A DNA stretch of 64,000 nt from NCBI RefSeq assembly GCF_009914755.1, contig NC_060932.1; one strand, written 5' to 3'. Under the pieces are notes generated by a model. That model saw only the letters and a list, made by a program, of their open reading frames with translations. It was not told where the DNA came from and searched no databases. The translations under genes and the position numbers were made by a program. Positions 27,261 to 39,913 of this stretch are shown one piece after another (positions within the stretch are counted from its first letter, which is position 1; each line of letters opens with the position of its first letter). Source of the DNA: the human T2T-CHM13v2.0 reference genome, Homo sapiens.

Positions 27261-30200
27261 TAAATTCATAAATATGATGTCTTTAAATTCTTTATGTTCA
27301 TTATCAGAAAAAAACTTTCCTTAAAAGGTGACAGAAATAGAAGATTACTGCCTTTTCTCTGATTAACAGAAGCACTATTTTTTTTCTATTATTCAGAATT
27401 TGGATAATATTTTTAAAAAATTGATTAAAGTGTAATATTTTAGTCTTTAACACCTCTTCCTTTTCTAACACTGGAAAATTGTATTATTGTGATAATGCAA
27501 TTGGATTTAGTATCATTTCAACTTATTTCTACAAGTGTTTCAATTATTTCACTTGCCCTTCAGTACATATAGATGTTGCTCTTTAGGACTCAAATAACAA
27601 ATTTCATAACTTTAGTTTCACTTTTCCAGATTAGGTTTTTTATTCTGAATTTATAAACTTTCTTAGAAAACAGTAATATTTTTAAAATGCAGTCCTTAAA
27701 ATTGTCTAAGAAGTTCATTCTGGTGCTCCAAAATGCCATGTTAATGTGTATCATCAACAAAATATTTTCAGATTACTTATCATAGCACTTTTTGTGAACA
27801 GGGACTACCTTCATAATGTAGCAGCAGAAAGTGAGTGATATTCTGATTCTACTTCCTTTTATAAAGCTGACAATAACAGGACTACAATGTCTTAGATTTT
27901 ATTAACACAATATTTTGATAATATCATTTAATGTGGAATTCATATCTACATGTAATGGCGTTTCTGAGAATAAAACAATTACTTGAATCTCAAGGTCTTC
28001 AGAATAAATCTTTGTCTTTACACTTCCTGTCACTGCACAGGTATACAGAGTTGTGCTGTATTTGCTTAACACCTTATTTGTTTTTCCCTTTTTGGTAACT
28101 TATTTTGGTACTTCTCTGCATAACAAACGATATTTGAACAGTCATTTCTCTTCAGAGACTCCAATTTTGCTACATACCTAAGCACAGGTACTAATGTCAG
28201 TAGATCCATCATCTGTCAAAGATTTGTGCTTTCATAAACTTTTGGATTAACGTTGTCTTTGTATAATCTGACATGGTAATATGCTTACTAATGCTATTCA
28301 AAAGAGAGACCTCTTAACATCGGATATTATTGAACAAGATGACAAGTGAATCTGTAATTGTAGGAAGTATTTTGGCTTTTACTATTAATTACACAATCTT
28401 ATAACCACATTTTTTGAAATTAATCTGACGCTTTTGTGACTCTTATTTTATTTTATTTTATTTTTTGCATTTTCAGGTGTTTTAAAATATTTAGAATGGC
28501 AGAGCTAGGTTCATATAGGATGAATATCTTGTCATGAGGTTCTGTGTCATTTACTTAGCACCACCAATAAACTGGAAATATATTTAGGTTAAGGAAAGGA
28601 AGAATTATTACATACACATTTTTAAAATGTGATATAATCCTTACTAAATGTTTAATATAAAAATTTGAAATTATGATTAAAATAAGTTTTTACTTAACTA
28701 AACTTTAAAATTTCAGTTAAATAAAAATGAAATCTGTTTTAAAAGGAAGTATTTAAGGAGATGCTAGCCAGTTATAGTTTCAGAAAATCAAATTTTCTAA
28801 ATATTATTAAGATTGTCTACATTCTTAAGGTTTTATAAATTGTGTCAACTGAAAAATAAGCATGTAATAAGCAAAATTGAAAATTCGGAAATAACATTCA
28901 TTTAATTTAATAATGAACATTTTGAAATACTCATAGAATACAAATATTATGTATTCTCATTATGATACAAATATTTTGAAAAATCTATTCTGAAAACATA
29001 AATGTTTATAATCCATTTTAAATATTGGCTTAAATAAATTATATTCAGTTACTCTTTGTCATCAGAACTAACCTTTTAAGTTTTCTAAGGCAAATAACTC
29101 ATTATAAAAGAATGCAAGGAGTTAGTCTTTGATTAATAGTTAAGGTAAAAAGCTAATAATGAATACATAAATACAATAATAAATGCCAAAGTAGCAATTG
29201 AGAGGAATTACAAAATTAGTTGTTCTACTTATGCTTCTGTGCTGTGAGATAATAATAATTATGATAATAACCTCGACAAAGATAGCATGTACTTCTAATG
29301 TTAGAAAAAATCTATGAAAACATCAAATTAAATAAAAAATAAAATTCCATTTTTATGCAAAACAAAGAATTTAATAATTAGAGTTAGGCTATGAAGTTAA
29401 GAGACTGGAATGGTTCACTGGGAAGGTCAGAGGTACCTGCTATTTGCTTTAGTTGGTATAAAACACTTTCTGGAGATGCCTGCTACTGAAAATTTATATA
29501 CCAAAATAATAATTACCATTGGTATTATGTCTTTCTAATAATTTTTAAAATGAAGATTATAATTTTAAGCCCATTATGTTTAATAATGTTCTGTTACAAA
29601 TTTGTTTTTGGCTTCATTTGTTTATTCATTCTTTGTTCATCATATAGCCAACATTTATTAGACATCTTTTGTAGTGCTAGGGATAATTTTCAACAGCTGG
29701 GATCACAGAGATTGTAACAGCTAAGTAATTCTTAATTTTTTTAGCAGTCTTGGTTGGATACGTATACATAAATTGGTTAACTAGATAAGGTTCTAGTATT
29801 ATAAATTTTGTATTTGAAACATTGTCTTAACTCATTGGTGATGATGAAAACTACAAGGTGAAAAACCTAGAAATCATCTTAGTTTTCCTTGAACTTGGAT
29901 TCTTTTGACTAGTCCAGAATGAACGTAAGGCAATACGTTCTTGTTCCTGCTTCTGTTTTATTAAAAAAATAAAATACAATATAGACTCTTTACTCTCTGG
30001 ATTTTTTCCTTTATGGTTCCTGAACTATAAACATTTTTTGTATTTTTTGTTTAAGTTCTAAAAAGGTCATGAATCTGTTCAGTATCTTTTTAAAGAATCT
30101 CCTCTTGAATTGGGAATGTGTTTAGTAGTCATTATTAATGATAATAGCATGAACAAATTCCCATGTGTTAAGATTAAACATACTTTTTAAAACAAGTTTG

Positions 30201-30781
30201 GTTAAATTTTTTTCATGGTTTTTGAGACAGTATTATGCAAATTAAGTAAAAAGTTATGGTTTTATGTGAATTTTAGTTTTTTCTTTGTAAAACTTTTATC
30301 ACTTATTAGAATATCAAAAACATTTATTTGAACCTATTAAATATGTTCACTTGATATAATTCATGAGGAACTTCTGACCATGTTTCCCTATATTTTGTTG
30401 AAGTGACGATCTATAAATAGCTACAAATGTAGTCCTATAGTGGTATAAGACATAGAAAAAACTAATATAAATATAAGCATTATCATTATTAATTTGGCAT
30501 ATATGTTAAGTATTTAACTGCAAATACTTTATACCAAAATTCATCATAACTATTTAACTGCAAGTACTTATTTTATGAAAAAATTTGTTATTTTTTAGTT
30601 TTCGCTTTTTGGATTATTTTTTCAGCTCTTTAATTAGCTTTAAGATTGATAGTTTCCCTGATATATGCATTTCATGTATGAGGAGTGTTCACATTGTGTT
30701 TAAGAACATAAGAACATAAGCCTTGGAGGGAGCCTGAAGAGCTACTGTTGATGTCCACCAGCCAAAGACAACCAGGAACAC

Positions 30782-31209
30782 TTTTTTTTTTTTTTTTTTT
30801 AAGACGGAATTTCGCTCCTGTCGCCCAGGCTGAAGTGCAATGGCGTGATCTCTGCTCACTGCAACCTCTGCCTCCTGGGTTCAAGCTAGTCTCCTGCCTC
30901 AGCCTCCTGAGTAGCTGGGATTACAGGCACCCACCACCACGCCCAGCTAATTTTTTTATTTTTAGTAAGAGACGGGGTTTCACCATGTTGGTTAAATTAG
31001 TCTTGAACTCCTGACCTCAAGTGATCCGCCCATCTTGGCCTCCCAAAGTGCTGGGACTACAGGCACCCACCACCACGCCCAGCTAATTTTTGTAGAAACG
31101 GAGTTTCACCATTTTGGCCAGGCTGGTCTGCAACTCCTGACCTCAGATGATCTGCCCGCCTCAGCCTCCCAAAGTGCTGGGATTACAGGCATGAGCCACC
31201 ATGCCCGAT
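30782..31209 (-). mobile_element. Three-monomer AluS (left-left-right)
   Basis: Left-monomer sequence occurs twice; one TSD AGGAACAC (30774-30781, 31211-31218) encloses the whole unit. Confidence 0.88.
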
Positions 31210-31759
31210 GAGGAACACGCTTCTAATAAAAAAAAAAGTTGGCTACAGCGAGGCAGGACACAAACCTTGTGAAACTGTGGGTTATCTCAATAAGAAGGAG
31301 TTAAGGGGCACTTATACAAGTTGGGCTTGTATTAGGTGATTTGAAGGAGGATTTTAAAAATGGGGTCTTTGTTGAGTTTGATGCTGTTAGAAAGTGGGGG
31401 CAGTTTGAGGATCTTAATTTTAATCTTGGAGATGGGATAAACAGAACAGTGGTAGAGTTGTTACTGGAGAAGAAGTAATAGTCACTTGTGGCAGTTAGGG
31501 GAGGGGAATGTTTGGTTATTTTTGGTTGCACGGCATCTTTGCCTTTATCTCTGTTCAGACATGATGATGGAGTAGTATTGTTTTTCCTTTGTTCTATAAT
31601 AGTTACAGTGAGCCTTTGGCTGATGTTGATATTCTGTGAAATTGTTTATGTGTACTAGGGGGTATCAGAGCCCAACTGGTAGCAACTAGGTCAGCTAACA
31701 GCCGATAGCTATAAGGACAGCTGTTTTTTTTTTTTTTCCACTAGTTTTAAATTCCTTTT

Positions 31760-31930
31760 CTCCTATTTACCAGCTATGTGATTTTAGGCAAAGTAAATGA
31801 CTTTGGGCTCAGTTTACACATCTGAAAAATGGGGATGATAATAATAGTACTTCACAGGATTATTTTGAAAAATGAATTAGTGGATACATGTAAAGTACCC
31901 ACAACTCAGTGCTAAGTTTAGCTAAACCAC
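31760..31930 (+). mobile_element. MIR
   Basis: CTCAGTTTACACATCTGAAAAATGGGGATGATAATAATAGTACTTCACAGGATT. Confidence 0.7.
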
Positions 31931-31936
31931 TCTTAT

Positions 31937-31995
31937 CACCACCACCACCATCACCACCACCACCACCAGCACCACCACCACCACCACTACACCAC
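31937..31995. repeat. Interrupted (CAC)n trinucleotide repeat
   Basis: Directly visible. Confidence 0.9.
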
Positions 31996-32640
31996 TGCAA
32001 TAATAAAAAAAATTATAGCATTCTTTATCACACACATTAATGGCATAATGTCTTCAAGCCCTCATACCCATTATAGAAATAGAATCTGCCATGTAGACTT
32101 TTATTAGTGATGGGAAAACACTGTCAAATTCTTTCTGTTCAGTGTTGTTTATTAAATATATTTATTTATTGGTCAATAGAACATATTTTTTCTACAAACT
32201 TTCTTTTTCCTCTATTCCAAATCTTACTCATTTTGCCCCTCAAGAAAAAAAAAACATAGTTAATGTTTATTTTTTTCTTACTTCCTACATCTAAAGTTCC
32301 ACAGAATTTACCTCCTAAATATATGTTGTTTCATTCTCTTCCACTGCTTTAATTCAGGACCTCATAATTTCCTACTTGGATTATTGGAATAATCCAATTG
32401 ATCTTTATAACACTAGATTTGTTCCTGGTCCCTAGGTTTAACCATAGGATTACAACCAGAATATCTGCTAATACAAAACATCTGATGATATCCCTTTTGT
32501 CTACAGGATAAAAGTTCAGAATGCTTGTCATGTTTTATAAGCCTTTTTCAATTTTTATCCAACTTTCATTTATGGCCTCTGCTGCCACTTCTGATTTTGA
32601 TCCCAATTTCAATTTCTACTTAACTATTTTCTGCATCTTA

Positions 32641-33027
<387 letters not shown>

Positions 33028-33079
33028 CTAGTATAATTTTTTTTTGTGGATACAAATGTGTAGATTCAGTTATATATTC

Positions 33080-33098
33080 TAGTGCCATCTAGTGGTAA
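33080..33098 (-). promoter_or_regulatory. Candidate CTCF binding site
   Basis: - strand TTACCACTAGATGGCACTA matches the CTCF core CCAC[C/T]AG[A/G][T/G]GGC[A/G]C; no repeat recognised around it. Confidence 0.6.
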
Positions 33099-33621
33099 CT
33101 ACTTTCAGATTTTTTTATTTTCTATATGATCTACCACTTTAAATGAAGTCTGACACTCTTCCTGCTTACTGTCATTACGTTAGCCATTAGATCTTTGGAA
33201 ACCATATTTACAAAGGTTTTTTTTAATGCTCTGACGTGTTCTGATTTCATAAACACACTTAAACTTTGTCACAACATGCAACTCAAAAGACTGTAGGATC
33301 AGGGGTAGAATGACATATTCAAAGAATTGCATTGATTTTTGGGTGTCTTTAAATTAAAACCGAAGGTGTTTGTTTTTTTTTTACATTTAGTTCTTTTGGG
33401 AAGTAAAATTAACTCTGTAGTTGTAATGCCAAGAACGAATTCTTTCTTTCTCTCCTACTGTCTTGTTTTCTCAAACTGTGACTGAGTTATTGCTAAATGT
33501 CAGACCCTACTTTAGGTATTCTTTACAATAATAAAGTCTCTGGATGAACAGCATTAGCAGTATGGCTACCCATTGCACATTTTTTTCTAGACTCTTGCTT
33601 AACTGTACAGTGGCCTGTAAG

Positions 33622-33803
33622 CAGTGATGTGCTGGTAAATATTTGACAACAAGCTTACCAAAGAAAAAAGACCTGATTTACTGCATTAGCCTGTTTCTGT
33701 GGTGTCAGTATCCATGGCTGAGTTTAAGCTACCAATGTGACATCACTGAACACAGAATTGGGAGGAGATGCTCATGATAGACTCTTGGCTCCAGCAGCCA
33801 CTG
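33622..33803 (-). mobile_element. MER63A-like non-autonomous hAT element
   Basis: TIRs CAGTGATGTGCTGG ... CCAGCAGCCACTG; internal AAGCTACCAATGTGACATCACTGAAC. Confidence 0.7.
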
Positions 33804-34019
33804 ATTAAGGAATTATGACTTGTGTTGTACTGTTCTATCTCTTATTTGAAATCACTCTCTCCTTGGCTTGTATTTCATCAGATAACCTGCACATATTTTT
33901 TGTTCCTAGACCACTTGTATCTATTGTAACCTTTTATTTACTTGTTTATAACAAGTTTGTTGTTAATTTACTAATGAGCGTAGATGTCTTAAAGAGTTCT
34001 CACTTGAGACAAGTCGGCT

Positions 34020-34523
34020 TTAGTTGACATTATGTTTAACTATATGTAACATAGATCTCATAACCACATGCTTAAATAAAGAAGTTTATGTTTTTCTCAT
34101 GTAAAAAGAAGTCTGGAGGTAGACAGCTCAAGGATGATGCTATGCTCAAGGAAGTTAACAGAGACCTGTCTTCCTCTTGCTTAATGCCCTGCTACAACAA
34201 TGTGTGGCTCTCAAACTCAAGATTAAAAGAGGGCTATTGTGTTATAGGTAGTAGCACCACATGACAGTTAAGTTGAAAGAATAAAGTATGAAAGGTGTAG
34301 GCCTATTGGGCTTATGTCTTTTCACTAAGAATGCGTAGCTTTGTAGAAACTGTACCTAATAAACTTCTATCTAAATCTTATTGGCCTGAATCACAGCCAT
34401 GAGAAAACCCAGAAAAGAAATTTGTCAGACCAGGCACACTGCTGCCCTGAATAAAATTTGGATTCTATTTGTAAGAAATTAGAGAGATTAGATATTCAGT
34501 AGGCAACCAATTGTGTTTGCCAC
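34020..34523 (-). mobile_element. Old MLT1 LTR
   Basis: GCTTAAATAAAGAAGTTTATG...AAGAAGTCTGGAGGTAG ... TAGGCAACCAATTGTGTTTGCCACA. Confidence 0.55.
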
Positions 34524-35499
34524 ATTCTGTTTGTCTTTGGTTCTTTTATGGATTTTATAAAGCTATTAATTCTTACTGCTATCTTGTCAACTTTCAGTTT
34601 AAGAGGTGTTATTTGAACTCTAAATCATGAAGTTCTGGGTGCACTAGAGCTGCTTTAACTGAACACAACTCTAGACTTAAAATGTTTTGGTAGATAGGAT
34701 ATCCTCCTTTTTACTCCTATGTTTCCTCCCTCATGGATGGAGCTGCTTTAAAATAATATTCCTGGCTTCCTCCTATCCCTCTTCTATTCTGCCCCTTAGG
34801 ATAAGGAAGTGAGCATAAGTAGCAATTTCTTTGTTTTTCCTCTTTCTCTTGGGAACAAGATGCTCACAGAGAGTGTACATTCCTGTTCCTGCCACAAGTT
34901 TTATAGAAACAGGCTGTAAAATAGTCTCAGACCAATGTAGTCTTTGCCTGGATGGGTATGTCTGTATGATTCTGAGTTTTTGTATTAGGAATCCCACTTT
35001 TTACATGGAGACCAATTCTACAATTTCTGTTTTGTCAGTAATAGAAGTAATATTTCATGTGTCGTCTACCTCTTTTTTCTGTTTCTGAATTAGGTTAGCA
35101 GTTGGCCAAGGGATAGTTTACTGAGAATTACTTTAAAAAAGCAGCTTGTTGCTGTTGCTTGAAACATGTGGCATGTGGTTTGTTGTTATCTCTTTCTAGC
35201 CTTAAATAGAACAAGCCCAACATCAGAATTATCATGTAAAATGTGATATTAAATATGCAATATTTTGATTTTTAATCTCAGGAAAGATTTTCATCTCATT
35301 AAGTGACTATTTTTGCTGTAAAACTGGAAATATTTTAAAGAAACCATATGACTACAGCATATATAAAGGTGCCAGAGTGCCTGTATTTCAGAAAGGAAAA
35401 ACACAATTTTCATAGAAACAGGGCTCAGAAGCATCATGACAGCTGATAAGAAAGCAACATACAGATTTTGGGGTCTGTCTATGTCACAGATTCTATGTC

Positions 35500-36040
35500 A
35501 ACAAAGAAAAGTTTAGGTTCAAGTAATAGAAACCCCAAATGAGGCTGGCATTAAAATTAAAGATAATTTATTTGTTTACCTCATTGAAACTTCAGAAGTA
35601 CATGAGTTGATTCAGGTGGGGATTGATCCTGAATCTCCTGTAAAGCGACCTAGAACCTAATTTCTTTATTTCTATTTTTAATTATCACTATGTGGATATT
35701 GACTCCATTTGGGGAAGGTTCTCTGACTTATGCCCTTAAATTGTCTTCTAGTGGCTGTGAGAGTTACATGAACTCTCAATCATGAAACAATAAATCTATG
35801 TCTCAGTGCTGTCAGACCAATGTCCTTAAGAGGCACTGTGATTGGACCAGCTTAGGTCATTGTGCTAGTCATTCTGAACAGAAATGGTACATTCTGATTA
35901 GCTCTGCTAATCATGGCTCAACCCTGAAGCAGTTGAGGCCAGTTCAATCAAAACCACAAAGCTTAGAATGGAGGAGACATTCCTTCCGTTTCAAGAAGAA
36001 AGAGAAATAGATGACAGAAAGCCAACAACAGACTTCATTA
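35500..36040 (-). mobile_element. Old MLT1 LTR
   Basis: TTTAGGTTCAAGTAATAGAAACCCCAAAT ... GATTGGACCAGCTTAGGTCA. Confidence 0.5.
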
Positions 36041-37966
36041 CAGTTGCTTCCAGAGTACATTTCCTATTTTCTTCATTCAAAAGACTAAGTAACCCTAAAA
36101 GTCACCTACTTTTAGCTTGTAATCTAACACATTTTTAGAGAATAGATTTAAATTAAAGGCTAAACAAGTAATTTCACAGTGTGAAATTATTTTCTATCAG
36201 TTACTTTTAAAATTGCTAAAGAAACTTTTCTATAAAAGTGTTAAAAACACGTAATTTGGAGGAATTTATGTTAAAAACATATCCACATTTAAAAGAAAAT
36301 TCTAACTGTGTTGTCTAATCTGGTGACTCATCATTCTCATGGTCTCAGACATGCCTCTTAGTTGATATCCCTCTTTTAATGTGGTGTTTAAAAAAGAACA
36401 CCATGTTTAAAATATGATCAGATCACATAGAAACACTTGTTGAAATTTAACAACCTTCTTTCACAAAGCTCAGCCTCACCAGCATCTGGTTGCATCTGCT
36501 TCCTCATCTTATTTGGGGCCTAGCTCCAGCAAGCACCACACTTTTTTTGTTTGTTTGTTTGTTTCTTTTGGTTTTTTGCTGGCTCTAATGCATCACTGGC
36601 AGAGGAAATTTCTATAGGAGTGTTGGGAAAGAAGCTGGCAAGAAGATGAGAGCTTTATTGAAGAGAGATTTACTTCAAGAGCAGAATTATTAAAAAGAGA
36701 TTAAATTTTTTTATTTCTATAGCTTTAGGGGTACAAGTGGTTTTTGGTGACATGGATGAATTGTGTAGTAGTGAAACCTGAGCTTTTAGTGTACCTGTCC
36801 CCTATATAGTGTATATTGTACCCAATAGGTGATTTTTTTTATCTCTCACTCGCATCTCACTCTCCCCAATTCTGAGTTTCCAATGTCCATTATACACTCC
36901 GTTTTATACCCATGGCTTAGCTCCCACTTATGAGTAAGAACATACAATATTTGGTTTTCCATTCCTGAGTTACTTCATGTAGGGTAATGGCCTCCAGTTC
37001 CATCGAAGTTGCTGCAAAAGAGATGATTTCCTTATATTTTATTGCTGAGTAGTATTCCATGGTATATATGTACCACATTTTCTTTATCCACTCATCAGAT
37101 GATGGGCACTTAGATTGATTCCTCATCTTTGCCATCGTAAATTGTACTGTGATAAACGTGTGCAGGTGTCTTTTTAATATAATGACTTATTTTCCTTTGG
37201 ATAGATACTCTCAGTAGTGGGTTTGGTGAATTGAATGGTAGATCTTGTTTTAGTTCTTTGAGAAATCTCTATACTGTTTTCCATAGAGGCTGTACTAATT
37301 TACATTTCCACCAGTGGTGTATAAGTGTTCCATTTTCAGCACATTTGTGCCAACATCTATTGTTTTCTGACTGTTTAATAATGGCCATTCTTGACTGGGG
37401 TAAGATGGTATCTCACTGTGATTTTAATTTGCATTTTTCTTGTGATTAGAGATGTTAAGAATTTTTTCATGTTTGTTGGCAACTTCTATATCTTCTTTTG
37501 AGAAATGTTTGTTCATGTTGTTTGTCTACTTTTAGTGGGATTATTTGGGTTTTTTGCTGATTTGTTTGACTTCCTTGTACAATCTAGATATTCATCCTTT
37601 GTTGCATATACAGTTTGTGAATATTTTCTCCTGTTCTCTAGGTTGTCTATGTGCTCTGTTGATTATTTATTTTGCTGTGCAGAAGCTTTTTAGTTTAATT
37701 AAGTCTTATTTATTTTTGCTTCTGTTGCCTTTGCTTTTGGGATAATAGTCATAAATTCTTTGCCAAGTCAATGTCCGGAAGAGTTTTTCCTAAGTTTTCT
37801 TCTAGAATTTTTATGGTTTTAGATCATATATTTAAGTCTTTAATCCATCTTGAGTTAATTTTTGACAAAGGTGAGAGATAGGGATCCAGTTTCATTATTC
37901 TGAATGTGGCTATCTAATTTTCGAAGCACCATTCATTGAACAAGGTATCCCTTCCCCAGTGTATGG

Positions 37967-38446
37967 TTTTTTTTTAAATCCAAACTTATATTTTAAAAAA
38001 CACCTTATGAAGAAGTAGGGTCGTCTGATTTTTTTAAATTTTTTGTTTCCGTAGGTTTTTGGGGAACAGGTGGTATTTGGTTACATGAGTAAGTTCTTTA
38101 GTGGTGATTTGTGAGATTTTGGTGCACCCATCACCTGAGCAGTATACACTGAACCCAACTTGTAGCCTTTTATCCCTCACCCCCTTCCCACCCTTTCCCC
38201 CTGAGTCCCCAAAGTCCATCATCCTCATGCCTTTCATCCTCATAGCTTAGCTCACACTTATGAGTGAGAGCATATGATGTTTGCTTTTCCATTCCTAAGT
38301 TACTTCACTTAGAATAATAGGCTCCAATCCCATCCAGGTTGCTGCAAATGCCATTATTACGTTCCTTTTTGTGGCTGAGTAGTATTCCATTGTGTGTGGA
38401 TTGTGTATATATGTATATATATATGTGTATATATACACACACACAC

Positions 38447-38514
<68 letters not shown>

Positions 38515-39110
38515 CCATATACATAACACAGTTTCTTTATCCACTCGTTGATTGATGGGCATTTGGGCTGGTTCCATATTTTTGTAATTGTGAATTATGC
38601 TGCTACAAACATGCACGTGCAAGTACCTTTTTCGTATAAGAACTTCTTTTCCCTTGGGTAGATACCCAGTTGTGAGATCAAATGGTAGTTCTACTTTTAG
38701 TTCTTTAAGGAATCTCCTGTTTTCCATAGTGGTTGTACTAGTTTACATTCCCACCAGCAGTGTAGAAGTGTTCTTTTTTCACTGCATCTACACCAACATT
38801 TATTATTTTTTTGATATTTTGATTATGGCCATTCTTGCAGGAGTAAGGTGGTATCACATAGTGGGTTTGATTTGCATTTCCCTGATCATTCATGATGTTG
38901 AGTATTTTTTCATATGTCTGTTGGCCATTTGTATATCTTCTTTTGAGAATTGTCTATTCATGTCCTTAGCCCACTTTTTGATGGGATTGTTTGTTTTTTT
39001 CTTGCTTATTTGTTTGAGTTCCTTGTAGATTCTGGTTATTAGTCATTTGTCAGATGTATAGATTCTGAAGATTTTCTCCCACTTTGTGGATTGTCTGTTT
39101 ACTCTGCTGC
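37967..39110 (-). mobile_element. L1PB1-like 3' fragment nested in older L1, with a probable 53-bp 3' transduction
   Basis: L1PB 3'UTR TAGGTTTTTGGGGAACAGGTGGTATTTGGTTACATGAG; TSD CAGTGTATG(G)TTTT at 37957 and 39112. Confidence 0.85.
38405..38520. repeat. Compound (TA)n/(CA)n microsatellite within L1PB
   Basis: Pure TA run ~38452-38499. Confidence 0.95.
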
Positions 39111-39544
39111 TCAGTGTATGTTTTGTTGGTTATAGGTATTTGGCTTTATTTCTAGGTTATCTATTCTGTTCCATTGGTCTATATGTCTACTTTTATACAA
39201 ATCCCATTCTGTTTTATTTACTGTAGCCTTATAGTTTAATTTGAAGTCAGGTAGTGTGATGACTCCAGCTTTGTTCATTTTGCTTTGAATTACTTTGGCT
39301 ATTGAGGCTCTTTTTTTTTGTTCTATGTGAACGTTAGGATTTTTTTTTAATTCTGTGAAAAAAAGGATGCTGATACTTTAATAGGAATTGTGTTGAGTCT
39401 GTAGATTGCTTTGAGCAGTATGATCATTTTAATGATATTGATTCTTCCAATCCATGAGCATGGGATGTTTATCCATTTGTTTGTGTCATCTATGATTACT
39501 TTCATCAATGTTTTGTAGTTCTACTTGTAGAGATCTTTCACCTC

Positions 39545-39913
39545 TGATATGGTTAGGCTTTGTGTCCCCACCAAAATCTCATCTTGAATTGTAATCCCCT
39601 GGTGTTTAGGGAGAGACCTGTTGAGACGTGATTTGATTTATGGCGGTGGTTTCTCCTATGCTGTTCTCTTGGTAGTGAGTGAATTCTCACGATATCTGAT
39701 GGTTTTATAAATGGTAGTTTTTCCTGTACTGACACACACTCACTCTTGCATGCTGCCATGTAAGACATGTCTTTTCTTCTCCTTCTGCTGTGATTGTAAG
39801 TTTCCTGAGGCCTCCACAGCCATGCAGAACTGTGAGTCAATTAAGCCTCTTTCCTTTTTAAATTACCCAGTCTTAGGTATTTCTTTATAGCAGTGTGAGA
39901 ACAGACTAAAGCA
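39545..39913 (+). mobile_element. THE1 (THE1C/D-like) solo LTR inserted in L1
   Basis: TGATATGGTTAGGCTTTGTGTCCCCACC ... GACTAAAGCA; perfect 5-bp TSD ACCTC (39540-39544, 39914-39918). Confidence 0.9.

Noticed and set aside
28440-28485. Strong acceptor TTTTTTGCATTTTCAG|GTGTTT
   Set aside because: The tract is a simple (TTTTA)n run, the following GT is a poor donor, and no good donor lies nearby
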